The notes under the pieces were generated by a model that was given only the letters and a program-made list of their open reading frames with translations, did no database searches and was not told the origin of the DNA. Below, piece by piece: positions 61,200 through 64,000 of a stretch of DNA of 64,000 bases. Source of the stretch: Mobula hypostoma (lineage: Eukaryota); contig NC_086108.1 in assembly GCF_963921235.1 (NCBI RefSeq), forward strand, positions 86,492,001 through 86,556,000, given 5' to 3'. A program made the position numbers and the translations under genes. Position 1 is the first letter of the stretch, and the number at the start of each line of letters is the position of its first letter.

Positions 61200-62902
61200 C
61201 CAGTCTTCTACACTATCGATAGCACCACCAGTCTTTGTGTTATCTGCAAACTTACCAACCCACCCATCTACATTTTCATCCAGGTCATTTATATACATCA
61301 CAAACAGCAGAGGTACCAGTACAGATCCCTGTGTGTCCTCTAATCACAGACCTCCAGCTAGAATAAGTCACATCAACCACTCCTTGAGCCTTTTATCAGC
61401 AAGCCATTTCTGAGTCCAAACAGCCAGTTCACCATGGATCGCGTGCATCTTAATCTTTTGGATGAGCCTCCCATTAGGAATCGTCTCTAAGGCCTTACTA
61501 AAATTCATGTAGACAACAACCAAAACTCTACATTCATCAGTCACCTCATCACCATATCAAAAAAAAACTCAGTTAAGTTAGTTATACACAATTTGCACTG
61601 CACTAAGGCTGTTTCTATTGTAATTAGGTCATGGTTTTCCAAATGCTAATAAATCTTACCCTAAGAATTCTCCTCAGTAACTTCCCTCCAACAGATATGA
61701 GACTCACCGTTCTATAGTTTCAACAGTTATCCCTGGTTCACTTTCTGAACAGTGGAACAACATTAGCTACTCACCAGTCCTAAGGGACCTCACTAATGGC
61801 TAGAAGGGCCATGAAGATATTAGCCAAAGCTCCAACTCTCTTTTCTCTTGCCTTTCTCAATAATATAGAGTATATCCCATTAGGTCCTGGAGACTTATCC
61901 ACCTTAATGCTCTTGAAAAGACCCACAATATCTCCTCTCTAACCTCAATGCCTAAGCATATGAATACACTTGCCTCTGATCTCCCTATCCTCCACCTCCT
62001 TCTTCTCAGTGAACACAAATGTAAAATACTCATTAAGGACCTCACTCACATCCTCCACATCCAGGAAAATGCTTCTCCCCCTTTATCCTACCCACTCCCT
62101 ATTTATACTCTTGCTCTTGATATATGTGTAGAGTGTTTTGGAATTCTTTTAAATCCCCCTTGCCAAGGACTTTTCATGTCCCTTCCTGGTTTTCCTAATT
62201 TCCTTCTTGAGTTGTTTTCTCGCATATTTATAATGTTTGATTCTAGCTTCTTAAGCTTTACATAATTTTCCTTTTCCTTTTTGACTAAATTTTTCCTCTA
62301 TTCCTTTCCTCTCTTGATATACAAGCTCCTCTTACCTTGCCATCCTTTTCTTTCCTTCTGTCTGGAACATGGCTGTCCTGTACTCTGTGCATTTGGACTT
62401 TAAATACCCTCCTCACGTCAGATGTGGACTTACCCAAAAACAGCTGTTCCCAATTAACTCTCCCTACTCCCTGCCTACTGGTCTCATATTTTGCCCTGCT
62501 CCAATTTACTATACTCCTGCAAGGTCCATACTTATCCTTATCTACTAAGGACTTGTAGTCACTCTTCTCTAACTGCTCACCCACTGAAAGGCTGGCCATC
62601 TGGTCAGGCTCATTATCCAACACTAGGTTCAGTTCAGCCCCTCTTCTTTAAGAAACTTTCCTCAATCCTAACAATATTTGCCCCATCTATACCTCTTGTA
62701 TTAAGAAGGCCCCTCTTTATATTAGAGAAGTTGAAGACCCCATAAGAACACCCCTATTGTTTTTACACCTTTCCTTAATTTGCTGGTATATTTGTTCCTC
62801 AATGTGACTACTGGGGAGTCTATCATGCAATCTCATCAGAATAATTACACACTTCTTATTTTTGAGTTTTACCTGTATAAACTCGGTGGATGAGCCTTCC
62901 GT

Positions 62903-62908
<6 letters not shown>

Positions 62909-62937
<29 letters not shown>
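62909..62937. repeat. (TA)n microsatellite
   Basis: About 14 perfect TA units. Confidence 0.95.
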
Positions 62938-62939
<2 letters not shown>

Positions 62940-62989
62940 TCTGTAAAACAACGAAACCCCGGGACATTAAGCACCCATTCCTATCCCTG

Positions 62990-63835
62990 GGACAGCATTC
63001 CAGGATGCGTCCTTAAAGCTGGCTGGAGTGTTTACAGACATTTTTAATTTCTCTCTCTCCCAGTGTGTAGTGCCCTTCTGTTTCAAATCATCCATCATTG
63101 TCCCTGTACCTAAGAATACCAAGGTAGCAGGCTGATTGATTGGCGCCCTGTCGCACTCACCTCAATTATAAGCAAATGCTTTGAGAGGCTGGTTAAAGAC
63201 TACATCAGCAGCATGCTACCACCCACACTAGACCCCCTACAATTCACCTACCAACAGAACAGGTCTACTGATGACGCTATAGCCACAGCTCTATACATTG
63301 TCCTCACTCACCTGGAGAAGAGGGATTCATACGTTAGAATGCTGTTCCTGGACTACAGTTCAGCACTCAGCACCATAATTCCCTCCGGACTTGACAGGAA
63401 GCTCAGACCTCAGCCTGCACCCCACCTTGTGCAGCTGGCTTCCTATCCGATCGCTGACAGGTGGTAAGGATGGGCTCCCTCACCTCTGCCCCTCTGACAC
63501 TCAATACAGGTGCCCCCAGCATTGTGTCCTGAGTCCCCTTCTCTATTCCCTTTACACCCACAATTGCGCTGCCACACGCACGTCCAATCTACTGATCGAA
63601 TTTACAGATGACACGACTTTGATCGGCCTTATTTCTAGCCATGATAAGACAACCTGTCCTCTGTAGGCTAACGCTCTGACACAATGGTGCCAGGATAGCA
63701 ACTTCTCCCTCAATGTCCAAAAAACAAAAGAGCTGATTGTGGATTACAAGAGGAACAGGGATGGGCTCGACCCGATCAACATTTGCAGCTGAGAGGGTGA
63801 GTAGTTTCAAGTTCCTCAGTATACACATCAATGAT
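62990..63835 (+). mobile_element. Rex1/Babar-type RT fragment
   Basis: [67 protein letters not shown]. Confidence 0.88.
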
Positions 63836-63839
63836 TTCA

Positions 63840-64000
63840 CAAGACAAAGGAGCAGACGTAGGCCATTTGGCCCATCCAGTCTGCTCCGCAGCTCCCCCAT
63901 GAGCGAAACTATTCACCCATCTAGTTCCAATTTCCGGCTTTTTCCCCATATCCCTTGATACCCTGACTAATTAGATACCTATCAATCTCCTCCTTAAACA
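63840..64000 (-). mobile_element. CR1-type 3' end running off the window
   Basis: ACAAGACAAAGGAGCAGA..GGCCATTTGGCCCATC matches the tail region at 28830-28990. Confidence 0.7.

Larger units (their letters stand above)
60305..62990 (-). mobile_element. CR1-type LINE ORF2 (endonuclease to RT), decayed, interrupted by an L1-like insert
   Basis: Minus-strand peptides MYINDLDENVDGWVGKFADNTK, VNWEQLF, LSVGEQL..SD and LNVPGFRCF. Confidence 0.85.

Noticed and set aside
61014..61301. 95-aa ORF joining an RT motif (KFADN) to an L1-like C-terminus
   Set aside because: It is a chance in-frame junction at the TSD of the L1-like insertion into CR1 and is interrupted by a stop.

Overview
Eukaryotic, repeat-dominated DNA. 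The repeat complement (CR1, Rex1/Babar, V-SINE, Penelope-like termini) suggests a vertebrate, probably a cartilaginous fish; this is an inference. I cannot support any host protein-coding gene, and nearly all ORFs in the track are transposon debris or repeat artefacts. Main structures: (1) a decayed Tf1/sushi-type chromoviral Gypsy element (9171-16942) inserted in a CR1 LINE, carrying four nested insertions with readable target-site duplications (TSDs) and a self-priming signature instead of a tRNA primer-binding site (PBS); (2) two copies of one solo-LTR family, an ordinary 1.1-kb copy (17940-19043) and a copy (29185-47029, TSD CTCTA) in which one internal motif has expanded into a ~16.6-kb 33/34-bp satellite with higher-order structure and a 200-N gap; (3) a near full-length HERO-like (R2 superfamily, restriction-like endonuclease) non-LTR retrotransposon (53218-57140) with its structured ~280-bp 3' end duplicated at its 5' side like a pseudo-LTR; (4) a Penelope-type minimal hammerhead ribozyme relic at ~51186; (5) many CR1, Rex1/Babar, L1-like, RTE-like, SINE, Tc1/Tigger and hAT fragments. 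Family names come from motif recognition by eye, not database searches. Boundaries without a stated TSD are approximate.
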